A stretch of DNA of 40,693 nt from Thermoplasmata archaeon (GTDB lineage: Archaea > Thermoplasmatota > Thermoplasmata > Lutacidiplasmatales > UBA184), in contig JASIBA010000040.1 in assembly GCA_030041735.1 (NCBI GenBank), positions 1 to 40,693 of the forward strand, written 5' to 3'. The notes beneath the pieces were generated by a model. The model did not search any database, had not been told where the DNA came from, and was given only the letters and a program-made list of their open reading frames with translations. Numbering within the stretch: the stretch's first letter is position 1; every line of letters begins with the position of its first letter. Made by a program: the position numbers and the translations under genes. Shown here one piece after another: positions 17,710-26,121 of this stretch.

Positions 17710-18144
17710 ATGTCGCCGGACGCCACGGATGCCGAGCTGAGCCAAGTCGAGCGGTTCGAGTTCCAAGCGCGATTCCCGGGGGCCCCGTACGCCGGCTTCG
17801 AGGTCGACGAGCCGGCGCCCACCGGCCACGACGCGGGACCAGGCCCGGTGCGGACCCTCGCGCTCGCCGTCGGCCACTGCATGAGCTCGACCCTTGTCAG
17901 CACCTGCGAGCGCGCCCACGTCCCGATCCGCCCCGTCCGCACGATCGTGCGCGCCACGGTCGGGCGGAACGAGCGCGGCCGCCTGCGCGTCACGAACCTC
18001 GAGGTCGAGATCGCGACCGCACCGCTCGACGAGGGGGACCGGGCCCGCTTCGACCACTGCGTCGAGATCTTTCCCGACTTCTGCACGGTCTCGGGCGCGG
18101 TCCGCGCCGGGATCCCGATCGCGCACCGGGTGGCGCCGCCCTAG
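17710..18144 (+). CDS. OsmC-family peroxiredoxin-like protein
   Basis: LALAVGHCMSSTL and FDHCVEIFPDFCTVSGAV supply the two conserved Cys regions of OsmC/Ohr. Confidence 0.8.
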   Translation: MSPDATDAELSQVERFEFQARFPGAPYAGFEVDEPAPTGHDAGPGPVRTLALAVGHCMSSTLVSTCERAHVPIRPVRTIVRATVGRNERGRLRVTNLEVEIATAPLDEGDRARFDHCVEIFPDFCTVSGAVRAGIPIAHRVAPP

Positions 18145-19796
18145 CCGGGGCGCGCGGCGCCGCCCCCAGGGCCCGAGGTCAGCAGGGCGTCGAGCAGCCC
18201 GACCGGCGGGCAGCCGGAGCCGAGGAGCGCGTCGTGGAAGGCGCGCAGGCTCCCGTGGAACTGGCGGTCGAGCAGCCGACGCCGGGCGTCGAGGATCGCC
18301 AGCTTCCCGAGCGTGTAGCAGAAGTACTCGGGGTTGAACGTTCCGCGGATCGCCTCGCGCTCCGCCGGCAGGCGCTCGAAGTGCGCCTCCTTCTGAAAGA
18401 GCTGCGTCGCCGTCTCGAGCGTCATCCCCTGCGTGTGCAGGCCGATCGACGCGAGCAGTCGGCAGTCGCGCAGCAGCGCGTCGTGGATCTCCGCGACCTC
18501 CGCGTCGAAGCCGCCCCGCCCGAGACCCTGCTCGATCGCGAGCTGTTCGGTGTAGTGGGCCCACCCCTCGACGAACGACGGCGAGAGGTAGACCTTCCGC
18601 GCGAGGCTGCCGCCCGACCGGTGGAAGTGCAGGAACTGCAGGTAGTGGCCGGGGTACACCTCGTGCACCGTGATGTTCCGGAGGAGGGCGCGATTGAACG
18701 ACCGCAGCCACTCCTCGGCCTGCGTCGGCGACCACTTCGGGTCGACGGGCGTGACGTAGTAGATCCCGTCCGTCGGGCCGGTGTCGAACGGACCGGGCGG
18801 GTTCATGCTCGCGGTCGAGAGGGCCCGGCCCCAGATCGGGGTCTCCTCGACACGACAGACCGCGGGCTCCGGGATCGTCGCGAGATCGTGCTCCGTGACG
18901 AACCTCTTGGTCTCCTCGACGAACTGGCGGGCGAGGGGAAGGACGTCGGGCGCGGGCGGATGGTCCTGGCTGATGCGGTCGAGCATCGCCGGGATCGTCG
19001 TGCGCTGCTGGGCCGCGATCTCGGTCAGGCGCGCTTGGTTGCGGGCGAGGTCCGCCGCGCCCGCGGCCCGGAGCTCTTCGATCGGTGCCTCGATGCCCTC
19101 GCGCACCCACAGCAGCCGCTGGTACCGGTGGGCCCCCAGCGCGAACTCCGGCGTGGACCGCGGCAGGCAGTCGTCGCGAAGCCACGACAGGAACGCGACG
19201 ACCGCGGTCTCCGCGGGCGCGCGCGCCGCCGCGACCCGACCGCCGAGACCGGCGCGCGTCGCGAACTCCTCGGCCTCCCCGAAGTGCGTCGGGAGGCCGC
19301 CCCCGATCGCCAGCGAGAGGTCGACGAACGGCTTGGGCAGGGGTCCGTGGAGCCGGCGGCGGCCCTCCTCGAGGATCCGGGGGACCGCCCCGAGGGTCGC
19401 GACGATCGCGTCGATCCGCTGGGCCGCGGGCGCGTAATCCCGGACCAGGTACGACGTCAGCGAGGCGACGCCGAGGTACGTCATCGGGTTCCGGTCGTAG
19501 TCGCGCGCCTCGCGCAGATCGAACAGCGGGCTCTCGAGCAGCAACTGCAGGAGGAGGCGATCCACGGCGCGATCGGCGGGGAGGTCCGCGTCGGCGAAGC
19601 GGTGGAGCCGCACCAGCAGGGCGTCCGCCCCGGTCGCCCATGCCTCGGTCGCGCCGCTGCTCAGGTCCGGGACCTTCCCATCGTACCCGTGGAGGCCGAG
19701 GCCCACCGCGTAGGACGGCTGCAGTCGGAACAGGTGGTCGATGATCTCTTGCTCGAGCGCGCCGAACTCGGACGGGTCACGTGGCTCCGGAACCAT
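18141..19796 (-). CDS. DUF885-family protein (metallopeptidase-like HExxPGH motif)
   Basis: ITVHEVYPGHYLQF is present, and the length (551 aa) and overall pattern are typical of DUF885. Confidence 0.8.
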   Translation of the reverse strand: MVPEPRDPSEFGALEQEIIDHLFRLQPSYAVGLGLHGYDGKVPDLSSGATEAWATGADALLVRLHRFADADLPADRAVDRLLLQLLLESPLFDLREARDYDRNPMTYLGVASLTSYLVRDYAPAAQRIDAIVATLGAVPRILEEGRRRLHGPLPKPFVDLSLAIGGGLPTHFGEAEEFATRAGLGGRVAAARAPAETAVVAFLSWLRDDCLPRSTPEFALGAHRYQRLLWVREGIEAPIEELRAAGAADLARNQARLTEIAAQQRTTIPAMLDRISQDHPPAPDVLPLARQFVEETKRFVTEHDLATIPEPAVCRVEETPIWGRALSTASMNPPGPFDTGPTDGIYYVTPVDPKWSPTQAEEWLRSFNRALLRNITVHEVYPGHYLQFLHFHRSGGSLARKVYLSPSFVEGWAHYTEQLAIEQGLGRGGFDAEVAEIHDALLRDCRLLASIGLHTQGMTLETATQLFQKEAHFERLPAEREAIRGTFNPEYFCYTLGKLAILDARRRLLDRQFHGSLRAFHDALLGSGCPPVGLLDALLTSGPGGGAARPG

Positions 19797-19936
19797 TAGA
19801 ATCGCCGTCGGGAGGGGGAGGGGTTCAAAACCTTACTTGCTCGAGTTGACGCAGGCGACGCGCGACTCAAGCGGTCGATAGGTCCGTTTCGCGCAACGCG
19901 CTCGCGCGGTCCGCGGTCGCCTCCGGGAAGCGCGGA

Positions 19937-20347
19937 TCACTCGACCCACTTCATCCCGCACTTCTCGCAGGACCCTTCGTGCAGCTCCGAGCCGCACACG
20001 AAGCAGTACGAGCTCGGATGCGGCTGGATCGGGGCCGGACCCTGCGGTACGGGTGCCGGATCCGGCAGCGGCGGGGGGGGCCGGGGGGCGGCCGGAGTCG
20101 CGGGGGCCGCGGGAGAGGGCACGGACGGGGTCGCCGGGGGGGCCGCCAGCGGCGCGCTCCCCCCGACGACCGGAGCCGGCGTGGGCGGAGCGCGCGAGGG
20201 TGCCGGGGCGGGCTTCGCGGGCGCGCTCGCGGGTCCCGGAGGGCCGGTGGGTCGGGCCGGGGCCGCCGCGCTCTTCGGGGCCGACGCCGGGGCGGCGGGC
20301 TTCTTGGGCGGCTCCTCCTCGCGCTTCCTCCGGCGAAAGAACGACAT
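19937..20347 (-). CDS. Pro/Ala-rich low-complexity protein with a C-terminal zinc ribbon
   Basis: MSFFRRRKREEEPPKK is followed by about 100 aa of P/A/S-rich sequence, then YCFVCGSELHEGSCEKCGMKWVE (CxxC-x8-CxxC). It is the 3' portion of a longer track ORF. Confidence 0.5.
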   Translation of the reverse strand: MSFFRRRKREEEPPKKPAAPASAPKSAAAPARPTGPPGPASAPAKPAPAPSRAPPTPAPVVGGSAPLAAPPATPSVPSPAAPATPAAPRPPPPLPDPAPVPQGPAPIQPHPSSYCFVCGSELHEGSCEKCGMKWVE

Positions 20348-20433
20348 GCGACCGTTACGACCCGGCGACGGAAGATAGGGATGTCGGCGCAGTCGAGCGC
20401 ACCGTTTTCCGCCGCGGGGGATACGGAGCCCCC

Positions 20434-20898
20434 GTGCCCACGACCCCCAGCGAGCGGCTGAAGGCCGCCGGGATCGAGCTCCCGCCGCCCCCGGCCCCGG
20501 CGGGCGCCTACAGCCCGGTGGTGGTGCACGACCGCCTCGGCTTCGTCTCGGGGCAGATCGTGCTCGAGGCCGGCGCGGTCGCTCGGCCCGGACTCGTGGA
20601 CCGGGACGTGCCGGCCGACGTTGCAAAGGACCTCGCGCGCCGGGCCACGCTGCAGGCCCTGAGCGCGATCCAGGCGGCCCTGGGCTCGATCGACCGGGTC
20701 CGGCGGTTCTACCGGGTCGCGGTCTACGTGGCCACCTCGCCGGGGTTCGAGAATCCGCATCAGGTCGCCAACGGCGCCACCGAGCTCCTCATCGAGCTCT
20801 TCGGGAACGAGGGACGACCGGCCCGGATCGCGATCGGAGTCCACAGCCTTCCGCTGAACGCCCCGATCGAGGTCGAGTACTGCTTCGCGACGTGGTAG
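20434..20898 (+). CDS. RidA/YjgF/TdcF family protein
   Basis: Starts at a GTG (MPTTPSERLKAAGIELP...AGAYSPVVVHDRLGFVSGQI...RIAIGVHSLPLNAPIEVEYCF). The upstream part of the track ORF is antisense to the Pro-rich gene. Confidence 0.8.
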   Translation: MPTTPSERLKAAGIELPPPPAPAGAYSPVVVHDRLGFVSGQIVLEAGAVARPGLVDRDVPADVAKDLARRATLQALSAIQAALGSIDRVRRFYRVAVYVATSPGFENPHQVANGATELLIELFGNEGRPARIAIGVHSLPLNAPIEVEYCFATW

Positions 20899-21587
20899 GG
20901 TTCGCGATGGAGCCCGCCGCGTGGCCCGGGGTGTTCCGGGAGGGTCGGGACCTGTACACGCGGAACGCTCGGCCCGGCGAGAGCGTGTACGGGGAACGCC
21001 GCGTCGCCCGGGACGGGGTCGAGTACCGCCTCTGGGATCCGTTCCGCTCGAAGCTCGCGGCGCTGTTCGCCCGGGGCGCGGTGCCGGCGTTGCCTCCCCG
21101 CGTCGAGCGGGTCCTCTACCTCGGCGCGGCGCACGGGACCACCGCCAGCCACCTCTCGGACGTGTGGCCGGAGGCCGCCCTCTTTGTGGTCGAGAAGAGC
21201 CCGACCTCGTTCGCGCCTCTGCTGGCGCTCGCGCGCCGTCGCGCGAACCTCTACCCGCTCCTCGCGGACGCCCAGCTCCCCGAGCGCTACCGGGCGGACG
21301 TCGGACTCGCCGATGTCCTCTACCAGGACGTGGCCCAGCGCGGACAGGCGGCGATCTTCGCCGAGAACGCGCGCGCCTGCCTCGCGCCGGGCGGGCTCGG
21401 GGTCCTCATGTTGAAGATCCGCTCGGTCACGCAGCGGCTGCCGGCGGCCCAGGTCGTCCGCGAGGCCCGCCGCGAGCTCGGGGTGGCCGGCCTCCCGGTC
21501 CGATCGGAGACGCCGCTCGCCCCGTTCTCGCGAGAGCATGCCGCCCTCGTCACCGGTGGCCCGTCCGCATCTTCCAGCGACCATTGA
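20892..21587 (+). CDS. flpA: Fibrillarin-like rRNA/tRNA 2'-O-methyltransferase
   Basis: LYTRNARPGESVYGERRV..GVEYRLWDPFRSKLAA...VLYLGAAHGTTASHLSD...LYQDVAQRGQAAIF matches the archaeal fibrillarin template. An alternative start lies at the ATG at 20907. Confidence 0.85.
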   Translation: MVGFAMEPAAWPGVFREGRDLYTRNARPGESVYGERRVARDGVEYRLWDPFRSKLAALFARGAVPALPPRVERVLYLGAAHGTTASHLSDVWPEAALFVVEKSPTSFAPLLALARRRANLYPLLADAQLPERYRADVGLADVLYQDVAQRGQAAIFAENARACLAPGGLGVLMLKIRSVTQRLPAAQVVREARRELGVAGLPVRSETPLAPFSREHAALVTGGPSASSSDH

Positions 21588-21638
21588 TCCGCCCCGCGGC
21601 AAATACCGCGCCCGAGTCCCCGGCCCCGGTGGGAATGC

Positions 21639-23798
21639 GTGGGCGCGACCGTCGGGTTCGTGAGCCTCTTCCTCATCGTCGTGGGCGGGCTGGCGTCCGG
21701 CGCATCGCCGGCCCCGGTCTCCGCCTCCGCCGGGCCGCTCGCCACGCTCCTGCCCGGGAGCAACGGCTCTTCGGCGACCCCGGTGCTCTCTCTCGACCCC
21801 GAGTCGTGGCAGATGCCGACCGGGAATGTCACTCCGGTCGTGGCGACCTGGGGCGGTGTCGCGCCGGGGTGCGTACTCGCCCCCCAGTGGTTCCGGTGGG
21901 CGATCGCGAGCGCGACGCCCTCGGGCTTCCTCAACCGGAGCTCGGGGCCAGCGGTGCTGTTCGAGAGCGAGGGGGCGTCGCCCGGCCCCTCGATGCTCCG
22001 GGCCAACTCGGCCGCGGTCCTGCGGTGCGGCCTCTCGCAGAGGCTCGTGCAGGCCGTCGCGTTCGGCAACGTGACCGTGGTCGCCTCGCTCTCGATCGAC
22101 GATCTCACGCTGCTGCCGGCGCCCTTGCTCCCTTCCGAGACCGCCCGGTTCTCCGGCACCATCCTTGGAGGCACCCCGCCGTACAGCCTGCGGATCAACT
22201 GGACGGACGGATCGGACGCGTACCTCTTGGTGGCCGCGCCGGGTAACTTCTCGGCGTCGCACGCCTTCGTCGCGGGCACCTACGAACCGGTCGTGACCGT
22301 CACGGACGCGAGCGGGCTCGTGGCGCAGGCCGCGGTGCCCGAGTCGGTCGTGGTCAGCGCCGGCACGGCCGTTGCCCTCTTTCCGGCGCGGGCGCGCGTC
22401 GACGTCGGCGAACCGCTCGGATGGAACGCGACGATCGTCCGGACGAGCGCGCCCTGGCTCTCGTACTCCCAGTGCGACGGCCGCATCGTGCCCCCCGCGA
22501 CGCGCGGCTCGGCCGCGACCGCGGGCAACTGCACTTTCCCCGCTCCGGGACCGGCGACGGTCTCCGTCGAGGTCGACGCGGTAGCGTCCGGGGGTCTCGC
22601 CAGCGCCACGGCAGCCGTCTCGGTGGTGCCGGACCCGGTGGTCTCCCCGGATCTCCCCCCGACCCCGCTCGAGGTGGGGGTCGCGACGGACCTGGTCGTC
22701 ACGATCGCGGGCGGCGTCCCCCCGTTCTCGCTCGCCGCCGCGGGTCCGGCGTTCGGGGGACCGACCGTGGTCCCCGTGCGGGGCGACGGCGCGGTCGCGA
22801 TCTCGCTGGAGCCCGATGTCGCCGGGACCCTGCCCTGCACGCTCGAGGTCGTCGATGCGGCCGGGGTTGCGAGCCCGCTGTGGGCAGGCACGCTCACCGT
22901 CCAACCCGCGATGTCCGCCTCCGTCGCGTTCGACGGGGTGGCCGGCCCTTCCGGAGCCTCCCTCGAGGCGACCGGAAGCGTCACCGCCGGGCCACCTCCC
23001 TTCGCCTGGATCGTTGTGCCCTCCGAGGTCTCCGCGAACGCGTCCGCGGAGAACGGGTCGCTGTCCGGGGACGGCTCGTTCGTCTGGACGGGACTGTACC
23101 GCGTCGAGGTGGCCATCGTCGTCGACGTGCTCGTTCTGGACGCGGCCGGTGCGATCGAGACGACCCACGGCACGGTGCCGACCCTGCCGCCGCTCGTAGT
23201 CTCGGGAGGCTTCCAGGGCAACGGCTCGACCCCGCCGGGTTCGATCGGCCTGTCGCTCGTCATCGCGGGCGGCTTGCCGCCCTTCAACATCTCGGTCACC
23301 GCGGGCGACGGCGCCTCGTGGAACTTCTCCCGGGAGGCGGACGGGCCGGCGGACTGGCAGTTGCGCGCCCCGCGCGCGGGCACGATCGCGCTGGTCGCGG
23401 TGGTGCGCGACGCGATCGGGGCGACGGGCGAAGAGAACGGCTCGGTCTTCGTCGCGACGCCGGCGTCGACGTCGGCCCCCAGCTCCTCGCTCGGGCCCGC
23501 GCTCGGCGGGCTCCTCGCGACCGGACTGCTCGCCGGGCTCCTGCTCGCCTGGCGCCGTCGGCGGGGTCGGGCGCCCGAGCGCGCGACGATCGATCCGGTC
23601 GCGGTGCTCCGGCAGATCATCGCGCCCGCTGACGGGGCGGACCGAGCCACCGTGGAGCTGCTGGCGGAGGAGGCCGGCGTTCCCCTCCTCGAGGCCCGCG
23701 CGAGCCTCGATCGGCTGGTGCGGGACGGCACGGTGCGCTCGGAGGTCGACGCGGACGGAACGGAGGTGCTGGCGTGGGAGCTCGACGCCCGCCGCTGA
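21639..23798 (+). CDS. Surface protein with tandem PKD/Ig-like repeats, one C-terminal TM helix and a cytoplasmic winged-helix-like tail
   Basis: The N-terminal hydrophobic segment is FVSLFLIVVGGLASGASPA. A GG(T/V/L)PP(Y/F) module recurs (GGTPPYSLRINWTDGS...HAFVAGTYEPVVTVTDASG; GGVPPFSL; AGPPPFAW; GGLPPFNISV). There are many N-x-S/T sequons. The TM LGPALGGLLATGLLAGLLLAW (23490-23552) is followed by RRRRGR and a 75-aa tail. Confidence 0.75.
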   Translation: MGATVGFVSLFLIVVGGLASGASPAPVSASAGPLATLLPGSNGSSATPVLSLDPESWQMPTGNVTPVVATWGGVAPGCVLAPQWFRWAIASATPSGFLNRSSGPAVLFESEGASPGPSMLRANSAAVLRCGLSQRLVQAVAFGNVTVVASLSIDDLTLLPAPLLPSETARFSGTILGGTPPYSLRINWTDGSDAYLLVAAPGNFSASHAFVAGTYEPVVTVTDASGLVAQAAVPESVVVSAGTAVALFPARARVDVGEPLGWNATIVRTSAPWLSYSQCDGRIVPPATRGSAATAGNCTFPAPGPATVSVEVDAVASGGLASATAAVSVVPDPVVSPDLPPTPLEVGVATDLVVTIAGGVPPFSLAAAGPAFGGPTVVPVRGDGAVAISLEPDVAGTLPCTLEVVDAAGVASPLWAGTLTVQPAMSASVAFDGVAGPSGASLEATGSVTAGPPPFAWIVVPSEVSANASAENGSLSGDGSFVWTGLYRVEVAIVVDVLVLDAAGAIETTHGTVPTLPPLVVSGGFQGNGSTPPGSIGLSLVIAGGLPPFNISVTAGDGASWNFSREADGPADWQLRAPRAGTIALVAVVRDAIGATGEENGSVFVATPASTSAPSSSLGPALGGLLATGLLAGLLLAWRRRRGRAPERATIDPVAVLRQIIAPADGADRATVELLAEEAGVPLLEARASLDRLVRDGTVRSEVDADGTEVLAWELDARR

Positions 23799-24187
23799 CC
23801 GCCGCGGTCCGTCGGGTCGTCGCGACCGGCCTGGTGCTCGGGATCCTGGGCGGGATCGCCCTCGTGGGTCCCGCGGCGCCGGCGCGCGCTCTTCCGACCC
23901 CCACGAGTGCCGTGTCGGAGGAACTTCGTGCCCAGACCAACGACTCTGCCGTAGCGAACTTCTCCGCGGCGATCACGCGACTGGTGGAGCTGGTCGGCGT
24001 GGCGGGCAGCGGATTGCTCGCCCTGGTCTGGGCCCGGGTCGCGCTGAGCTGGTTCTCCCACGACGTCACGAAGAAGGTGCAGGCGAAGGACCGGGCGCGC
24101 GACGCGCTGATCGGCACGCTGCTCTTCGTCGCCGCGCTCTCGGGCCTCATCTGGGGCCTCGCGCACTGGGTGCTCACCGGCACCTGA
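23774..24187 (+). CDS. VirB2/TrbC-like conjugative-pilin candidate (small two-helix membrane protein with a long signal peptide)
   Basis: A 39-aa leader ends in PARA before LPTPTS. The mature part is a hydrophobic helix (ITRLVELVGVAGSGLLALVWARVALSWF), a basic loop (SHDVTKKVQAKDRARD) and a second hydrophobic helix (ALIGTLLFVAALSGLIWGLAHWVL). It is positioned directly upstream of the VirB6-like and VirB4-like genes. Confidence 0.5.
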   Translation: MGARRPPLTAAVRRVVATGLVLGILGGIALVGPAAPARALPTPTSAVSEELRAQTNDSAVANFSAAITRLVELVGVAGSGLLALVWARVALSWFSHDVTKKVQAKDRARDALIGTLLFVAALSGLIWGLAHWVLTGT

Positions 24188-24200
24188 CGGAGCGCGGACC

Positions 24201-25334
24201 ATGTGGGCCGTCAGCCTCAGCGCGCTGATCCAAGAGATCCTGTTCCTCATCTTCGGCGGGCTCACCGCCCTGGCCGCGGCGGTCGTGGGCCCGACCTACG
24301 ACAACCTGCTCGTACCGGAGCTCGCGCCATCCGCCCTCTACCCCTCGCTCGTCGGGGCGAACGGCGGATCGTCGAACTATCTCGAGATCGCCTCCCGGTT
24401 CTCCGAGTTCACGTTGGGCGCGATCGTCGACCCGGCGATCGCGCTCGTCGCGCTCGGCGTGGCCGCGATCTACCTCGCCCGGGCGCTCAGCGACCGGTGG
24501 AGGGATCGGCTCGGCGGTTTCCTCCCGCGCCTCCTGATCGCGGTCGTCGCCGCGAACTTCACGGTGCCGATCGCCGGCCTCCTCGTCGGGCTGGGAGGCG
24601 GCCTCTACCCCGTCCTCGTGGGCTGGGACGGCGGTCGCTGGCAGCACTGGATCAACCTCGCCGGTTACGGCGAGGTCCAGTTCTCGTGGGACAACGGAGC
24701 GGTCGCGTTCGTCTTCACCATCGCCGAGTTCTTCCTCGTCTTCGGCCTCATCGTCGCGGTCGCGCTCCGCGACGCGCTGCTGGCGGTCCTCCTCGTCCTC
24801 CTGCCGATCTTCACCCTCCTCTGGCCGTTCGGGGTGCTCGCGCCCCTCGCCCGTAGGGCCTGGCTCCTGTTCGTCGAGCTCGTCTTCCTGCCCTGTGTGC
24901 TCGTCGTACCGCTCGAGCTCGCCGTCGGCAGCCCCTCGGTCGAGATGCTCCTCGCCTACCTCATCTGCGCCCTGGGTTCGCCGTTCCTCCTGTCCACGGC
25001 CGGGAGCCACCTCGCGGCGATCGGATTCCCGGTCGGCGGGGCGACTTCGGCCGGGGGGCTCCAGCAGGGCCTGCAGGCGACCTCGGGCGGAGCGGCGGGC
25101 TACCTGAGCCCCGCGAGCACCCCCGCCGGCGGTCGTTCCTCTCCCCTGGGGCCGGCGCTCGGCAGCGTGGCGCGTGCCGCGGGCAGCGCCAGCGCTCCGT
25201 CCGCGGCCCCGCTCGCCGCCGCCCACCTCGTCGGTCAGGCCGGGGTGCACCTCGTGCGGCACATCGGACCCGGCGCCGGTCGAGCGCCCGGGCCCGGCGC
25301 CTGGCCGCCGGTGCGGGGCGGAGGGCCGGGATGA
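24201..25334 (+). CDS. Polytopic membrane protein, VirB6/TrbL/CedA-like candidate
   Basis: It has about 6-7 predicted TM helices and a Gly/Ala/Ser-rich C-terminal tail. The assignment rests on topology and context, not on a recognised motif. Confidence 0.45.
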   Translation: MWAVSLSALIQEILFLIFGGLTALAAAVVGPTYDNLLVPELAPSALYPSLVGANGGSSNYLEIASRFSEFTLGAIVDPAIALVALGVAAIYLARALSDRWRDRLGGFLPRLLIAVVAANFTVPIAGLLVGLGGGLYPVLVGWDGGRWQHWINLAGYGEVQFSWDNGAVAFVFTIAEFFLVFGLIVAVALRDALLAVLLVLLPIFTLLWPFGVLAPLARRAWLLFVELVFLPCVLVVPLELAVGSPSVEMLLAYLICALGSPFLLSTAGSHLAAIGFPVGGATSAGGLQQGLQATSGGAAGYLSPASTPAGGRSSPLGPALGSVARAAGSASAPSAAPLAAAHLVGQAGVHLVRHIGPGAGRAPGPGAWPPVRGGGPG

Positions 25335-25335
25335 C

Positions 25336-26121
25336 ATGGCCTCGGCGGACGACGGCCCCCCGATCGTCCCGCTTCCGGAACGGGTCGATCGCCCCCTCCG
25401 GCTCGGCCCGTTCCCCTCGGCGCGGGATGCGCTCAAATTCCTCGCCTACGCGGCCGCCGGCGCGCTCCTCGCGGTGGTCGTATCGCCCTGGCTGGGCCTC
25501 GGCGCCGTCGCGCTCGGGTTCGGCCTCGCGGTCGCCCGGATCGACGGCACCCCGCTCGACCGGCGCGCGCTCGCGATCCTTCGCTTCCACCTCGCCGCCC
25601 CTCCGAAGAGGATGCCCGTGAATCGGGGGCCGGCCTCGGCCCTGGCGCGGCGCGGGATCGTGACGGCCGAGGACGGGAGGTACGTCGCGGTGGTGCGGGC
25701 GGGCGGGGCCCCCGTCGCCTACCTGCCTCCCGCGGAGCTGGCACGACGGTTCGACCGGTTTCGAGAGCTGCTCCGCGCCGGTCCGGGCGAGCTGGTCTTC
25801 CGTGCCTCCTTCGCACCGATGCGCGCCGGACCAGTCCTACCGGAGGATATCCCACCGGACCGGGTCGACCGCGCCGCCCGCGACGGCTACGCGGATCTCC
25901 TGCGCCTGATATGCGGCCGCCGGAGCGTTCGGCAGGTCGATCTGGCCGTCGCCGCGTCGCGGCCGGGCGCGAACGGCATCGACGAGCTGGAGATCCGGAT
26001 CGAGGGGTTGCTCGAGCGGCTGGCGACCCTCGACGTGCCCGCCCGACGACTGCGCGGAGCGCGGCTTCGGGAAGCGGTCCCTCGCGTGTACGCGCCCCTT
26101 CGCGAGGAATCCTTAGGATGA
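25336..26121 (+). CDS. VirB3/PrgI-like membrane hairpin fused to a VirB4 N-terminal-segment-like domain
   Basis: VPLPERVDRPLRLGPFPSARDALKFLAYAAAGALLAVVV...ARIDGTPLDRRALAILRFHL resembles PrgI/VirB3. It is followed by IVTAEDGRYVAVVRAGGAPVAYLPPAELARRFDRFRELLRAGPGELVFRAS, which resembles the extreme N-terminal segment of Gram-positive-type VirB4 proteins. Confidence 0.5.
   Translation: MASADDGPPIVPLPERVDRPLRLGPFPSARDALKFLAYAAAGALLAVVVSPWLGLGAVALGFGLAVARIDGTPLDRRALAILRFHLAAPPKRMPVNRGPASALARRGIVTAEDGRYVAVVRAGGAPVAYLPPAELARRFDRFRELLRAGPGELVFRASFAPMRAGPVLPEDIPPDRVDRAARDGYADLLRLICGRRSVRQVDLAVAASRPGANGIDELEIRIEGLLERLATLDVPARRLRGARLREAVPRVYAPLREESLG

Noticed and set aside
20050-20330. An apparent repetitive GC-rich DNA stretch, considered as a tandem repeat or CRISPR-like array.
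   Set aside because: There is no exact or regularly spaced repeat unit. The periodicity comes from Pro/Ala codon low complexity in the 19937-20347 ORF.
25174-25335. An upstream extension of the VirB3-like ORF; similarly 26264-26488 for the ATPase, 25911-26117 for the 124-aa protein and 20053-20433 for RidA.
   Set aside because: The extensions overlap the preceding genes in other frames and are Arg/Pro-rich. Internal ATG or GTG codons that sit exactly at or next to the upstream stop (ATGA or TGAcATG) give sensible N-termini.
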